A DNA stretch of 64,000 nucleotides from contig JAXGQG010000010.1 in assembly GCA_040766535.1 (NCBI GenBank), positions 2,491 to 66,490 of the forward strand. The letters are read 5' to 3'. The notes below the pieces were generated by a model that saw only the letters and a list, made by a program, of their open reading frames with translations, was not told where the DNA came from and did no database searches. Positions 10,009 through 19,768 of the stretch are shown piece by piece (positions within the stretch are counted from its first letter, which is position 1; each line of letters starts with the position of its first letter). This stretch comes from Dehalococcoidia bacterium. GTDB lineage: Bacteria; Chloroflexota; Dehalococcoidia; GIF9; AB-539-J10. A program made the translations under genes and the position numbers.

Positions 10009-10722
10009 ATGACACGAATAGACGACAGGGACCTTGACCAGCTTCGACCCGTTCGAATCACTCTTGGCTATCAGTCGTACGCGGAAGGCTCGGTCCTCAT
10101 CGAACTCGGGCGAACTTCGGTGCTGTGTTCGGTCAGCATGGAGGAGCGCGTGCCCGCCTTCCTCAAGGGGAGTGGAGAGGGCTGGGTTACGGCTGAGTAC
10201 TCTATGCTGCCACGCTCAACGGTCACCCGGACTCCCCGAGAGAGGAAGTCGGGTCGAACGGAGGAGATACAGCGCCTCATCGGCAGAAGCCTTCGAGCCG
10301 CGACGGATCTCACCGCGTTCGGGGAACGGCAGTTGATTGTCGACTGTGATGTCATCCAGGCCGATGGAGGAACCCGCACCGCCGCCATCACCGGAGCCTA
10401 CGTGGCCCTGTATCAGGCGTTCCACAATCTGAAGAAATCCGGGTTGCTGCGTGTGCACCCGCTCACCAAGATGATAGCGGCCACCAGCGTCGGCATCGTC
10501 GATGGAGAGTACCTGCTGGACCTTTGCTACGAGGAGGATTTCCGCGCCCAGGTCGATTTCAACGTAGTCATGACCGACCGCCATGAGTTCGTGGAAATAC
10601 AGGGAACGGCGGAACACCGCCCATTCACCAAGGCCGATTCGGATGGACTGCTCGCGCTGGCACAGGTCGGCATAGAAAGGTTGTTCAAGCTGCAGCACCA
10701 GGCCCTGCGCGACCTCACGTAA
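10009..10722 (+). CDS. rph: ribonuclease PH
   Basis: [62 protein letters not shown] at 10009 is preceded by GGAGaacag. Confidence 0.93.
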   Translation: MTRIDDRDLDQLRPVRITLGYQSYAEGSVLIELGRTSVLCSVSMEERVPAFLKGSGEGWVTAEYSMLPRSTVTRTPRERKSGRTEEIQRLIGRSLRAATDLTAFGERQLIVDCDVIQADGGTRTAAITGAYVALYQAFHNLKKSGLLRVHPLTKMIAATSVGIVDGEYLLDLCYEEDFRAQVDFNVVMTDRHEFVEIQGTAEHRPFTKADSDGLLALAQVGIERLFKLQHQALRDLT

Positions 10723-10754
10723 GGGTGCCGGCGATGGCGCATCGGCCGCCCCTG

Positions 10755-12029
10755 TCACTCGCGGATCTGTCCGTCGCCCAATGCCACCCACTTGTAGCTG
10801 GTGATCTCCTCCAGCGCCATCGGGCCCCTGGCATGGAACTTCTGCGTGCTGATGCCGATCTCGGCTCCAAGTCCGAATTGTGATCCATCAGTGAATCGCG
10901 TGCTGGCGTTCACGTAGACGCAAGCGGCATCAACCTCCGTCTGGAAGCGCCGCGACGCCCCGTAGTCCTGGGTGATAATCGCCTCCGAATGCCCAGAGCC
11001 GTACACGCGTATGTGCTCGAGGGCCTCGTCAAGCCCCGAGACTACCTTGATCGCTGCGACAAGGGCCAGAAACTCCTTTCCCCAGTCGTCCGCTGCCGCC
11101 GCCACGACGGAGCCGGATTCGACACCACCAAGGACAGCAAGGGCGGACTGATCGCATCTCATCTGAACCCCGGAGTCACGCCACATATCCCGCAATTGCG
11201 GCAGGAACGAGGGAGCAATGTCGCGGTGCACCAGCACGCAATCGAGTGCGTTGCACACCGTCGGACGTTGCACCTTGGCGTTGTTCACGATGCGAAGCGC
11301 CATCGGGACATCCGCCGACCGATCCACGAATGCATGGCACACACCGATGCCTCCGGTGACCACCGCCATCGCCGCGTTCTCGGCCACCAGGCGGATGAGT
11401 GCGGCGCCACCACGCGGAATCACGAGGTCGATGTAGTCACGCATCCCGAGCAGTCGGGTGACAAGCGCCCTGTCCGTTGATTCGATGAATTCGACGGCGC
11501 CTTCAGGAACACCCTCCGTCCTGCATGCCTCCTGCACTATGCTGGCGAGCGCCAGGTTGGACCGGCGCGCTTCCTTGCCACCGCGCAGTATGCAGGCATT
11601 GCCCGCCTTCAGGCATAACGACGAGATGTCGACAGTCACATTGGGGCGGCTCTCATATATGGCGGCGACTACCCCCAGGGGCACCCGCCGCTTGGACAAC
11701 TGCAGCCCGTTCGGCAGTGTCCGACTGTCGAAGACCTGACCGATGGGATCAGGCAATGCCGCAACCGTACGAACATCATCAGCTATGGCCGCGATGCGAG
11801 CTTGATCGAGCATCAGTCTGTCGAGCATAGCGGCGTTCATGCCCGACGCCCTCGCTTCCTCGTAATCTTGTGTGTTTGCGGCGATAACACGGTCGGCGTG
11901 CTGCCGCAGCCCTGCCGCCACAGCCTGCAATGCCCGGTTCTTCACCGACGTGGACAGGAACGCCAGCGAACGGGTTGCCTCGCGGGCCCGTTTCGCCTTG
12001 GTCTCCAGCTCATCCATCACGTGTTGCAT
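10755..12029 (-). CDS. proA: gamma-glutamyl phosphate reductase
   Basis: 424 aa ALDH-fold ProA (IYESRPNVTVD, GNACILRGGKEA, catalytic VCNALDCVLVH). Confidence 0.95.
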   Translation of the reverse strand: MQHVMDELETKAKRAREATRSLAFLSTSVKNRALQAVAAGLRQHADRVIAANTQDYEEARASGMNAAMLDRLMLDQARIAAIADDVRTVAALPDPIGQVFDSRTLPNGLQLSKRRVPLGVVAAIYESRPNVTVDISSLCLKAGNACILRGGKEARRSNLALASIVQEACRTEGVPEGAVEFIESTDRALVTRLLGMRDYIDLVIPRGGAALIRLVAENAAMAVVTGGIGVCHAFVDRSADVPMALRIVNNAKVQRPTVCNALDCVLVHRDIAPSFLPQLRDMWRDSGVQMRCDQSALAVLGGVESGSVVAAAADDWGKEFLALVAAIKVVSGLDEALEHIRVYGSGHSEAIITQDYGASRRFQTEVDAACVYVNASTRFTDGSQFGLGAEIGISTQKFHARGPMALEEITSYKWVALGDGQIRE

Positions 12030-12040
12030 TGCCCCTCCCG

Positions 12041-12517
12041 TCAGAGCACTACCATGTTGTTGCGGTGGACCACCTCTGCCCCGTACACGTGGTCCAGCAC
12101 ACCCGCCATCGCGTCTGTCCTTTTTCCACGAACCTTCCTGACATCCTCAGAATCGTAGTTCGAGATCCCCGAGGCAACGCGTCCGCCGTCCTGGGAGACT
12201 ATGTCTACGATGTCACCACGATGAAAGGCGCCCTTGACCTCCACGATACCTGCAGGCAGCAAGCTGCCAGCACCCTTCTTCAACGCCCCTACCGCCCCAC
12301 CGTCCACAACGATGCGCCCATGGGAGGCCAAACCGCTCGCCATCCATCGCTTGCGGCTTTCCAGTTTGCTGCTCGATGCCGGGAACAGGGTACCGATCCG
12401 CTCTCCGGAATCCAGCCTTTGCAGGACGTCCGGCTCACGGCCGCTTGCGACGACCACATCGATGCCCGAGCACGTCGCCAGCTTCGCCGCCTCAATCTTG
12501 GTCGACATGCCTCCCAC
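12041..12517 (-). CDS. proB: glutamate 5-kinase, C-terminal fragment (end of kinase domain plus PUA); the gene is interrupted by a frameshift
   Basis: GGMSTKIEAAKLA then the PUA domain (GRIVVDGGAVGALKKGAGSLLPAGIV). This reading frame stays open upstream and encodes RVHPEATLIPVVSVITPEIEALAGG, which continues the N-terminal fragment. Confidence 0.85.
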   Translation of the reverse strand: MGGMSTKIEAAKLATCSGIDVVVASGREPDVLQRLDSGERIGTLFPASSSKLESRKRWMASGLASHGRIVVDGGAVGALKKGAGSLLPAGIVEVKGAFHRGDIVDIVSQDGGRVASGISNYDSEDVRKVRGKRTDAMAGVLDHVYGAEVVHRNNMVVL

Positions 12518-12576
12518 ACCCTGACCGCTCAGAGAACCGCCGGCCAGCGCCTCGATTTCCGGAGTGATGACGCTGA

Positions 12577-13167
12577 CTACCGGGATAAGCGTCGCCTCTG
12601 GGTGAACGCGGGGTCGGCGCTGTACAGGCCACCGGTGTCCGTCAACAACACGAGGAGGTCGGCGTCTACGAGATTGGCGACCATCGCCGACAGGTTGTCG
12701 TTGTCGCCAAAGCGCCGGTCGCCCAGTTCATCCACTGCTATTACGTCATTCTCATTCACGATACAGATCACACGCATCTCACAGAGCGCTAGGAGCGTAT
12801 TGCGGGCATTCAGATACCCCGCCCGATCCATGAGACTGTCACGAGTCAGCAATGCCTGTGCGATAGTTATGTCATGTCTCGAGAAGAGCATTTCGTAGGT
12901 GCTCATGAGGTGGCTCTGACCGATTGATGCCAGCACCTGCTTCAGCGGAGTCCCGTGTACGCTCGCCGCAGCGCGGCGGCGCAGCCGCTCCCTGCCCGCG
13001 GCCACCGCTCCTGAAGAGACCACGATCAGTTCGCGCCCTCGGGAGTGCAGGGTGCCCAGTTGTTCGACAAGGGTAGCCATCACCGACAGGTCGAGGTGAT
13101 CCCGTCCCGACGTCAGTAGTGTCGTTCCGAGCTTGACGACGATTCTTCGTTCAGCCACGTGGGGCAT
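12577..13167 (-). CDS. proB: glutamate 5-kinase, N-terminal fragment (amino acid kinase domain); frameshifted
   Basis: IVVKLGTTLLT, VVSSGAVAAG, IVNENDVIA, FGDNDNLSA, LLTDTGGLYSADP. The frame then leaves the ProB sequence and terminates. Confidence 0.85.
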   Translation of the reverse strand: MPHVAERRIVVKLGTTLLTSGRDHLDLSVMATLVEQLGTLHSRGRELIVVSSGAVAAGRERLRRRAAASVHGTPLKQVLASIGQSHLMSTYEMLFSRHDITIAQALLTRDSLMDRAGYLNARNTLLALCEMRVICIVNENDVIAVDELGDRRFGDNDNLSAMVANLVDADLLVLLTDTGGLYSADPAFTQRRRLSR

Positions 13168-13401
13168 TATAGCAGTGGCAGTTCACCTGCAGCTACGGTG
13201 CCATAATCCTGCTATACTCGGCGACGCGAATGCACCTTCATGGACTTCTCCCGCTGCTGACGGAGACCGAACACTACCGGCGTCTCTGGACGCACCTCGA
13301 ATCGCCGCGGGGCAACGCATCAGACGCCGCTGATCGAGTCGGCGATATCGTGTGTCGCCGCTTCGCTGCAGCAGGATCTTGCTGCCCCACTCTGTATCAT
13401 C

Positions 13402-16400
13402 GTGGCCGACCCGGATCGGGCGGCATCCCTGCGAGACGACCTGGAGCAATGGGCGCGGCCGGGTACCGATGTGTTTCGCCTGCCGGAACCCGACTTTCCA
13501 TTTGCCAGTCCCGAAGGGGCGCCCAATGAACCCATGCTGGCCCGCGCCCAACTTGCGAGTCACCTTGTGTTGCGTCGAGATAACGCTACGGCACTCATAC
13601 TGGTGACGTCAGTGCTGGCGACAATTGGAGCGATGCGCGCCCCTCAGACCTGTCAGGGTCTTCCATCGACATCCGACGTGGTACCGCCCTCAAGCCCGGA
13701 GAACTGCTCGCCCGCCCTGGAGCGTCTCGGCTATCAGAGGGTAGAGTTCGTGTCTCAGCACGGCGAGATGAGCGGACGGGGCGGCATCGTAGATGTGTTC
13801 TCACCGTCCCACGAGGAACCGGTCCGAATAGAGTTCATGGGCGACGAGGTCGAGAGCCTCAGAGCTTTCGACCCGGTCTCGCAACTGAGTACCACGACGC
13901 TCGCGCGGACCCAGATCACCACAACCTCGTCCGCCGGCCAGTCAGCCTGCATCATCGACTACCTGCCACCGCAGACGCTCATCATGCTGGAGGATCCTGA
14001 CGCGCTACGGTTGCGTTCGTTGCGGCTGCACGGCGAGTTGGCGGAGTACTCGTTCACCGCAGCAACCTCCGCCGAGCGGGTGCCTCCGACGCCCGGTGTG
14101 TACCTCGACTGGTCGGACGTCGAGGAAAAGATGCGCCCTTTCCGCCGGCTCAGCCTCGTGCCGTGGGATGATTCCGGCACGGACTCTCAGGCGCTGTTCC
14201 ATCCTGCTCCTTCGTACGCCCAACGCCTGCCGCAGTTGATCGGCGAGGTTCCCGCGGCCCTGAAGCGTGGAGAGCGGCTCGTTTTCGCCTCCCTTCAGGC
14301 CCAGCGACTTCAGGAGCTGTTCGAAGAGGCGGAACTGCACGTGCCTATCTCCGGCGACATCCTGGAGCCCCCTCCACCAGGTTCGCTGACACTCATCGAG
14401 GGTTCTTTGAACCGGGGATGGGCGATGCCGGACCGCATCACACTGCTCACCGATCTCGAGGTGTTCGGGTTCGTAAAGCAGTCACGGCGCGCCACCAAGC
14501 CACGCTCCCTTCCAGCCCCATTCTCGCTCCCCTTCTCTCCGGGAGACCTCGTCGCGCACATCGACCATGGAATAGGACGGTTTGAAGGGCTCACGACGCT
14601 TGAGTCCGGCGGTGTGCAGCGCGAGTATCTCGAACTCACCTACCTCGGGGGCGACACACTGTACGTACCGACCGAACAGGTGCGTCGCGTCACCCGTTAC
14701 GTCGGCGGTGGGGAACACGGTCCTTCGCTCAGCAGGCTGGGGTCCCCGGAATGGGAGTCCGCGAAGCAACGGGCACGGCAGTCGACCCGTCTGATCGCCA
14801 TGGAGCTGATACAGCTGTACGCGCGCAGGCAACTCGCCATCGGGCACGCATTCCCGCGCGATTCAGCGTGGCAACAGGAGATGGAATCCTCCTTTCCATA
14901 TGTGGAGACGCCTGATCAGCTTGAGGCGATAGAAGCGGTCAAGCATGACATGGAGAACGAGCGCCCCATGGACAGGTTGATTTGCGGCGACGTCGGATAC
15001 GGCAAGACCGAGGTCGCTCTACGGGCTGCATTCAAGGCCGTCATGGACAGCCGCCAGGTAGCCATTCTGGCGCCGACCACTCTCCTGGCACAGCAGCACT
15101 ACTCGACATTCACTGAGCGCCTGGGTCCTTTTCCCGTACGTACGAGCGTCCTCAGCAGGCTTTCAACCCCGCAACAGGAAGCGGAGACGCTGGCCGGACT
15201 GGAATCAGGTGCCGTGGATATCTGCATCGGCACGCACCGCCTGCTACAGAAGGACATACGCTTCAAGGACCTGGGGTTGCTGATAGTGGATGAGGAACAG
15301 CGTTTTGGAGTGATGCAGAAGGAGGCGCTCCGCTCATTGAAGACCGGCGTCGACACTCTGACGCTGAGCGCCACGCCGATACCGCGCACGTTGCACATGT
15401 CTCTCGCTGGCATCAGGGATATGTGCACGATGGAGACTCCGCCGGAACAGCGGTTGGCCGTACGTACGCACGTAGGACCGTACGACGTCACGCTGGTGAG
15501 GCAGGCCATTCTGCGCGAACTCGAGAGAGGGGGGCAGACGTTCTTCATCCACAACAGGGTCGCGACGATTCACGCGGTGATGCAGGTGCTCCAGTCGCTG
15601 GTCCCCCAGGCTCGCTTCGTTGTCGCTCACGGTCAGATGCACGAAACCGAACTGGCGAAAGCCATGGATCTGTTTGCCTCACGGGAGGCTGACGTGCTGG
15701 TGGCGACCACCATCGTCCAACTCGGCCTCGATATGCCCAACGCGAACACACTCATCGTCAATCACTCTGAGCGCCTCGGTTTGACACAGCTCTACCAGCT
15801 CCGGGGCCGGGTTGGTCGCGGCAAGAACCAGGCATACGCCTATTTCTTCTACGAACGCGGCCGCGAGTTGACGCCTCAAGCCACCAGAAGACTGCGGACG
15901 ATATTCGAAGCGAACGAACTGGGCGCAGGTCTGGACATCGCGCTCAGGGACCTGGAGATACGCGGGGCAGGAAGCCTGCTGGGCACAAAGCAGAGCGGGC
16001 ACATCGCCGCCATCGGATTCGAGTTGTACTGTCAGATACTCGCCGAGGAGGTTCGGCGTCTCAGAGAAGCACAGACCGAGGAACTCCCTCTGCTCGAAGA
16101 GAACCAGGCCCCCGTGCTCGATCTACCCCTATCGGCTTTCATCCCGCAGAGCTACGTTGGTTCGTCAGGGACACGCATACTGCTCTACCGAAAGCTGGCG
16201 GATGCCACTACGCTGGAACAAGTCGACACTCTGCAGTCGGAGATGAAGGACCGTTTCGGCCCACCACCCACGCCGGTGAGGGAGCTGCTCTACGTCGCCA
16301 GGATTCGCATCCTGGCCGCGGCGGCGGGTGTGAAGTCCATCACGCGGATGGGTTCCGACCTCGCAATCGTGCCAACGCGCATGGCATCACTCGCGACGAA

Positions 16401-16548
16401 CCTCAATCTGGGACCCGCTGTCCGCGTCGGCAACGAACAGATACGTATCAACACCAGCCACACCGGTGGAAAATGGCGGATGCTGCTCGAGACGCTGCTG
16501 AAAAGGACGCAAGGGGAAGCCCCTTCGCTGCCCTCCCGGCCGTCCTGA
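13402..16548 (+). CDS. mfd: transcription-repair coupling factor Mfd (N-terminus probably extends to ATG 13230 across a frameshift)
   Basis: CarD/TRCF domain (DLVAHIDHGIGRF), SF2 helicase motifs (GDVGYGKTEVA, LIVDEEQRFG, TLSATPIPRT, QLRGRVGR), and a TRCF C-terminal domain. Mfd-like sequence continues upstream of the GTG at 13402 without an in-frame start. Confidence 0.92.
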   Translation: MADPDRAASLRDDLEQWARPGTDVFRLPEPDFPFASPEGAPNEPMLARAQLASHLVLRRDNATALILVTSVLATIGAMRAPQTCQGLPSTSDVVPPSSPENCSPALERLGYQRVEFVSQHGEMSGRGGIVDVFSPSHEEPVRIEFMGDEVESLRAFDPVSQLSTTTLARTQITTTSSAGQSACIIDYLPPQTLIMLEDPDALRLRSLRLHGELAEYSFTAATSAERVPPTPGVYLDWSDVEEKMRPFRRLSLVPWDDSGTDSQALFHPAPSYAQRLPQLIGEVPAALKRGERLVFASLQAQRLQELFEEAELHVPISGDILEPPPPGSLTLIEGSLNRGWAMPDRITLLTDLEVFGFVKQSRRATKPRSLPAPFSLPFSPGDLVAHIDHGIGRFEGLTTLESGGVQREYLELTYLGGDTLYVPTEQVRRVTRYVGGGEHGPSLSRLGSPEWESAKQRARQSTRLIAMELIQLYARRQLAIGHAFPRDSAWQQEMESSFPYVETPDQLEAIEAVKHDMENERPMDRLICGDVGYGKTEVALRAAFKAVMDSRQVAILAPTTLLAQQHYSTFTERLGPFPVRTSVLSRLSTPQQEAETLAGLESGAVDICIGTHRLLQKDIRFKDLGLLIVDEEQRFGVMQKEALRSLKTGVDTLTLSATPIPRTLHMSLAGIRDMCTMETPPEQRLAVRTHVGPYDVTLVRQAILRELERGGQTFFIHNRVATIHAVMQVLQSLVPQARFVVAHGQMHETELAKAMDLFASREADVLVATTIVQLGLDMPNANTLIVNHSERLGLTQLYQLRGRVGRGKNQAYAYFFYERGRELTPQATRRLRTIFEANELGAGLDIALRDLEIRGAGSLLGTKQSGHIAAIGFELYCQILAEEVRRLREAQTEELPLLEENQAPVLDLPLSAFIPQSYVGSSGTRILLYRKLADATTLEQVDTLQSEMKDRFGPPPTPVRELLYVARIRILAAAAGVKSITRMGSDLAIVPTRMASLATNLNLGPAVRVGNEQIRINTSHTGGKWRMLLETLLKRTQGEAPSLPSRPS

Positions 16549-16651
16549 CGGTGCTACCGGGACGACGGTTGCGGGTGTGCACACCCGCAACCCCGCTTGC
16601 AGCGGTCGAACTGAGAGCGCAGGGTTCAGCCACGCCGCAGACAACACGCGC

Positions 16652-16687
16652 AAAGAAAAGGGTGCCGGCAAGACGCTGCCGGCACCC
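16652..16687 (-). terminator. intrinsic terminator downstream of acs
   Basis: On the minus strand: GGGTGCCGGC agcgtctt GCCGGCACCC followed by TTTTCTTTG. 10-bp GC stem plus a U-rich tract, 20 nt after the acs stop. Confidence 0.7.
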
Positions 16688-16706
16688 TTCTGCGTCTAGA
16701 GTGAGA

Positions 16707-18677
16707 CTACGCCTTGTGCTTCAGGAGTTCGTCCACCACGCTCGGATCGGCGAGCGTGCTCGTGTCACCGAGGTTGCTGGTATCGCCTGCTGCGATCTTC
16801 ACCAGCACGCGGCGCATGATCTTGCCACTGCGCGTCTTGGGCAGACCATCGGCGAACTGAATCACGTCGGGAGTTGCGATCGGGCCGATCTCCTTGCGAA
16901 CGTGTGCAACAAGCTCTTTCTTCAGCGCGTCGGATTTCTCCTCGCCAGCATTCAACGTCACGTACGCGTAGATACCTTGTCCCTTCAACTCGTGAGGCAT
17001 ACCGACAACAGCGGCCTCAGCGACCTTGGGATGGGATACGAGGGCGCTCTCCACTTCAGCGGTGCCGATACGATGGCCGGACACATTGATGACGTCGTCG
17101 ATACGGCCCATCAACCAGTAGAAGCCGTCCTCGTCGCGGCGCGCGCCATCACCGGTCGTATAGACGCCAGGGAAGCGGACAAAGTAAGTGTCCTTGAAAC
17201 GATTCGGATCACCATATACCCGACGCATAAGGCCTGGCCACGGCTTCTTGATGACAAGATACCCGCCTTCATTCGTCTCGACGAGCGAACCATCTTCGCG
17301 TCGAATCTCCACATCCACGCCAGGGAACGGGAACGAGGCGGAGCCTGGTTTGAGCGACATCGCGCCGGGCAACGGAGTGATGAGGATGCCTCCGGTTTCA
17401 GTCTGCCACCAGGTGTCCACAATGGGACAGCGCGACTTGCCGACCACGGTGTAGTACCACATCCAGGCCTCGGGGTTGATTGGTTCGCCCACAGTGCCCA
17501 GGAGGCGCAGCGAGGACAGGTCGCGCTTGTTCACCCAGTCATCACCTTCGCGCATGAGTGCCCGCAATGCAGTGGGCGCGGTGTAGAAGATGTTGACACG
17601 GTACTTCTCGACGATCTCCCAGAACCGGTCAGGCTTCGGGAACGTGGGCACGCCCTCGAACATCAGGCTGGTCGCGCCGTTGGACATCGGTCCGTACACG
17701 ATGTAGCTGTGGCCAGTCACCCAGCCGATGTCAGCAGTGCACCAGAACGTATCCTCATCGCGATAGTCGAATACCCACTTGAAGGTCTGGTGTACGTAGA
17801 CCAGGTATCCGGCGGTGGTGTGCAGCACACCCTTGGGTTTGCCGGTGCTGCCGCTGGTGTACAGAATGAACAGCGGATCCTCGGCATCCATCCACTCCGG
17901 TTCGCACTCGGCACTGATGTCCGGCGCTGAGACCTCCTCATGCCACCAGTAGTCGCGTCCCTTGACCATCGGGACCTCACCACCAGCCCGCTTGACCACG
18001 AAGGCGCGCTTAACCGAGGGACTATCATCCATGGCAGCGTCCGCGTTCGCCTTGCTGCCGACGACCTTGCCGCTGCGGTAGTACCCGTCGCAACAGATCA
18101 CGGTACTGGACTCACAGTCCTTGATACGGTCGCGCAGCGCCTCCGCACTGAAGCCGCCGAACACGACGCTGTGAATGGCGCCTATCCGGGCACACGCGAG
18201 GAGTGCGATAGGCAGCTCGGGGATCATGGGAAGGTAGATGGACACGCGGTCGCCCTTCTTCACGCCATGCTTCTTCAACGCATTGGCGAAGCGGCAGACC
18301 TCGTAGTACATGTCCTGATAGGTGAACGTGCGGCGTTCTCCCTCTGGCTCGCCTTCCCAGACGATGGCGGCCTTGTTCTTCCGCCAGGTCTTCAGATGCC
18401 GATCCAGACAGTTGTAGCTGACATTCAGTTTGCCTCCCACGAACCATTCGTGCTTGGCATTCGCGAAGTCATCCACCACCACCTTATCCCACTTCTTGAA
18501 CCATTCGATCTGCTCGGCTCGCTCACCCCAGAAGCCAGCGGGATCAGAGACGGAGCGATCGTAGAGCTTCTTGTACTCTTCGAAGCTCTTGATATGGGCC
18601 TTTGCGCTGAACTCCGGATTCACCGGGAAGACCCGCTTCTCGTCCATCATGGACAACATGCCCTTGTCTGCAGCCAT
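16707..18677 (-). CDS. acs: acetyl-CoA synthetase (AMP-forming)
   Basis: Typical Acs sequence ([31 protein letters not shown]). ATG at 18677 is preceded by GGAGGGG. The upstream 55 codons of the ORF look non-coding. Confidence 0.95.
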   Translation of the reverse strand: MAADKGMLSMMDEKRVFPVNPEFSAKAHIKSFEEYKKLYDRSVSDPAGFWGERAEQIEWFKKWDKVVVDDFANAKHEWFVGGKLNVSYNCLDRHLKTWRKNKAAIVWEGEPEGERRTFTYQDMYYEVCRFANALKKHGVKKGDRVSIYLPMIPELPIALLACARIGAIHSVVFGGFSAEALRDRIKDCESSTVICCDGYYRSGKVVGSKANADAAMDDSPSVKRAFVVKRAGGEVPMVKGRDYWWHEEVSAPDISAECEPEWMDAEDPLFILYTSGSTGKPKGVLHTTAGYLVYVHQTFKWVFDYRDEDTFWCTADIGWVTGHSYIVYGPMSNGATSLMFEGVPTFPKPDRFWEIVEKYRVNIFYTAPTALRALMREGDDWVNKRDLSSLRLLGTVGEPINPEAWMWYYTVVGKSRCPIVDTWWQTETGGILITPLPGAMSLKPGSASFPFPGVDVEIRREDGSLVETNEGGYLVIKKPWPGLMRRVYGDPNRFKDTYFVRFPGVYTTGDGARRDEDGFYWLMGRIDDVINVSGHRIGTAEVESALVSHPKVAEAAVVGMPHELKGQGIYAYVTLNAGEEKSDALKKELVAHVRKEIGPIATPDVIQFADGLPKTRSGKIMRRVLVKIAAGDTSNLGDTSTLADPSVVDELLKHKA

Positions 18678-18868
18678 AGAAAACCCCTCCGAATTGCGTA
18701 TTGGGAATCGCAGTACACAAGCGCCCGGCGGCGCTCGCATCAGATTGACCCAACGACCGAATGTAACATGGGGTTTTCCATTATGCAATTCACTCCATCG
18801 AAGCTCCAGAGAAGCACGTAATCCTGTGGTAGAATGCCGCAAGCCACAAAACCAACGGGAGGTTCTCC

Positions 18869-19744
18869 ATGGGCGCCGAGATTATTGACGGTCGGGCCAT
18901 CTCCGCAGCCATCCGGGAAGAAGTCAAGGCTCGCATCGCCAGGCTGGGCGGTACTGTCCCGGGACTCGCTGCCGTCATTGCGGGAGATGACCCGTCCGCT
19001 CAGTCCTACTTGAAGGGCATTGCCCGCGGTTGCGATGCCGTCGGCATCTTCCATGAGCAGTTCGTACTGCCCGCCGATGCTACGCAATCGCAGCTCGAGG
19101 AGACCCTGGAACGGCTGAACCGGAACGACCGCTTTCACGGCATCATCCTGCAGCTCCCCTTGCCACGGCACATCGATGCGCTACGCGCCGAGAGCGCCAT
19201 CGCTCCCGAGAAGGACATCGACGGCACCAATCCGGTGAGCGCGGGCAAGCTGCTCCTCGGAGAGAAGACCTTCTTCCCTTCCACTGCTCACGGAGTTCAG
19301 GAACTCCTGGTACGCAGCGGCCACAGCCCCGATGGTCTGCACGTGGTCATCTGTGGACGCAGCAACATCGTCGGCAAGCCGCTGGCGGCGATTCTCATGC
19401 AAAAGCAGCCTGGCGCCAATGCCACGGTGACGGTGTGCCATACGGGGACCACGAATATGTCCTCATTCACGAGAAGCGCGGACATCGTGGTGGCCGCCAT
19501 GGGACGGCCAGGATCAATCACAGCGGACATGGTGCGTCCCGGCGCGGTCGTGATCGATGTCGGCGTCAACCAGATAGATGACCCTGGCACGGGAAAACCG
19601 AGATTGGTCGGAGACGTCGACTTCGAGGCCGTGTCGGAGGTCGCGGGAGCCATCACCCCCGTCCCCGGCGGAACCGGACCGGTTACGGCAGCCATGCTGC
19701 TCAGCAATACCGTGCTCTCGGCCGAATGGCGCGCCGCGCACTGA
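18869..19744 (+). CDS. folD: FolD family methylene-THF dehydrogenase/methenyl-THF cyclohydrolase, paralog 1 (Rossmann motif intact, cyclohydrolase Lys motif apparently altered)
   Basis: [43 protein letters not shown]. The SxxYxxxK region reads [12 protein letters not shown]. Confidence 0.9.
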   Translation: MGAEIIDGRAISAAIREEVKARIARLGGTVPGLAAVIAGDDPSAQSYLKGIARGCDAVGIFHEQFVLPADATQSQLEETLERLNRNDRFHGIILQLPLPRHIDALRAESAIAPEKDIDGTNPVSAGKLLLGEKTFFPSTAHGVQELLVRSGHSPDGLHVVICGRSNIVGKPLAAILMQKQPGANATVTVCHTGTTNMSSFTRSADIVVAAMGRPGSITADMVRPGAVVIDVGVNQIDDPGTGKPRLVGDVDFEAVSEVAGAITPVPGGTGPVTAAMLLSNTVLSAEWRAAH

Positions 19745-19768
19745 ACAGACAGCTCCAGGAGGCTCACG

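Noticed and set aside
13230-13529. 99-aa ORF as an independent small gene upstream of mfd.
   Set aside because: Only its first 29 or so codons look protein-like, and they resemble the Mfd N-terminus. The rest overlaps true Mfd coding sequence in another frame. It is interpreted as the frameshifted 5' end of mfd.
16473-17930. Very long ORFs antisense to real genes. Examples: 16473..17930 opposite acs, 23133..24173 opposite rho, 7979..9055 opposite the ABC ATPase, 29945..31351 and 32337..33653 opposite aro genes, 35533..36699 opposite DAHP synthase, 45361..46719 opposite fabL/plsX, 54475..55476 opposite tilS, and 61524..62552 overlapping the MFS gene.
   Set aside because: Their translations are Arg/Pro/Gly/His-rich low-complexity sequences without motifs. 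The opposite strand encodes unmistakable conserved proteins. Stop-codon-poor antisense frames are expected in GC-rich DNA.
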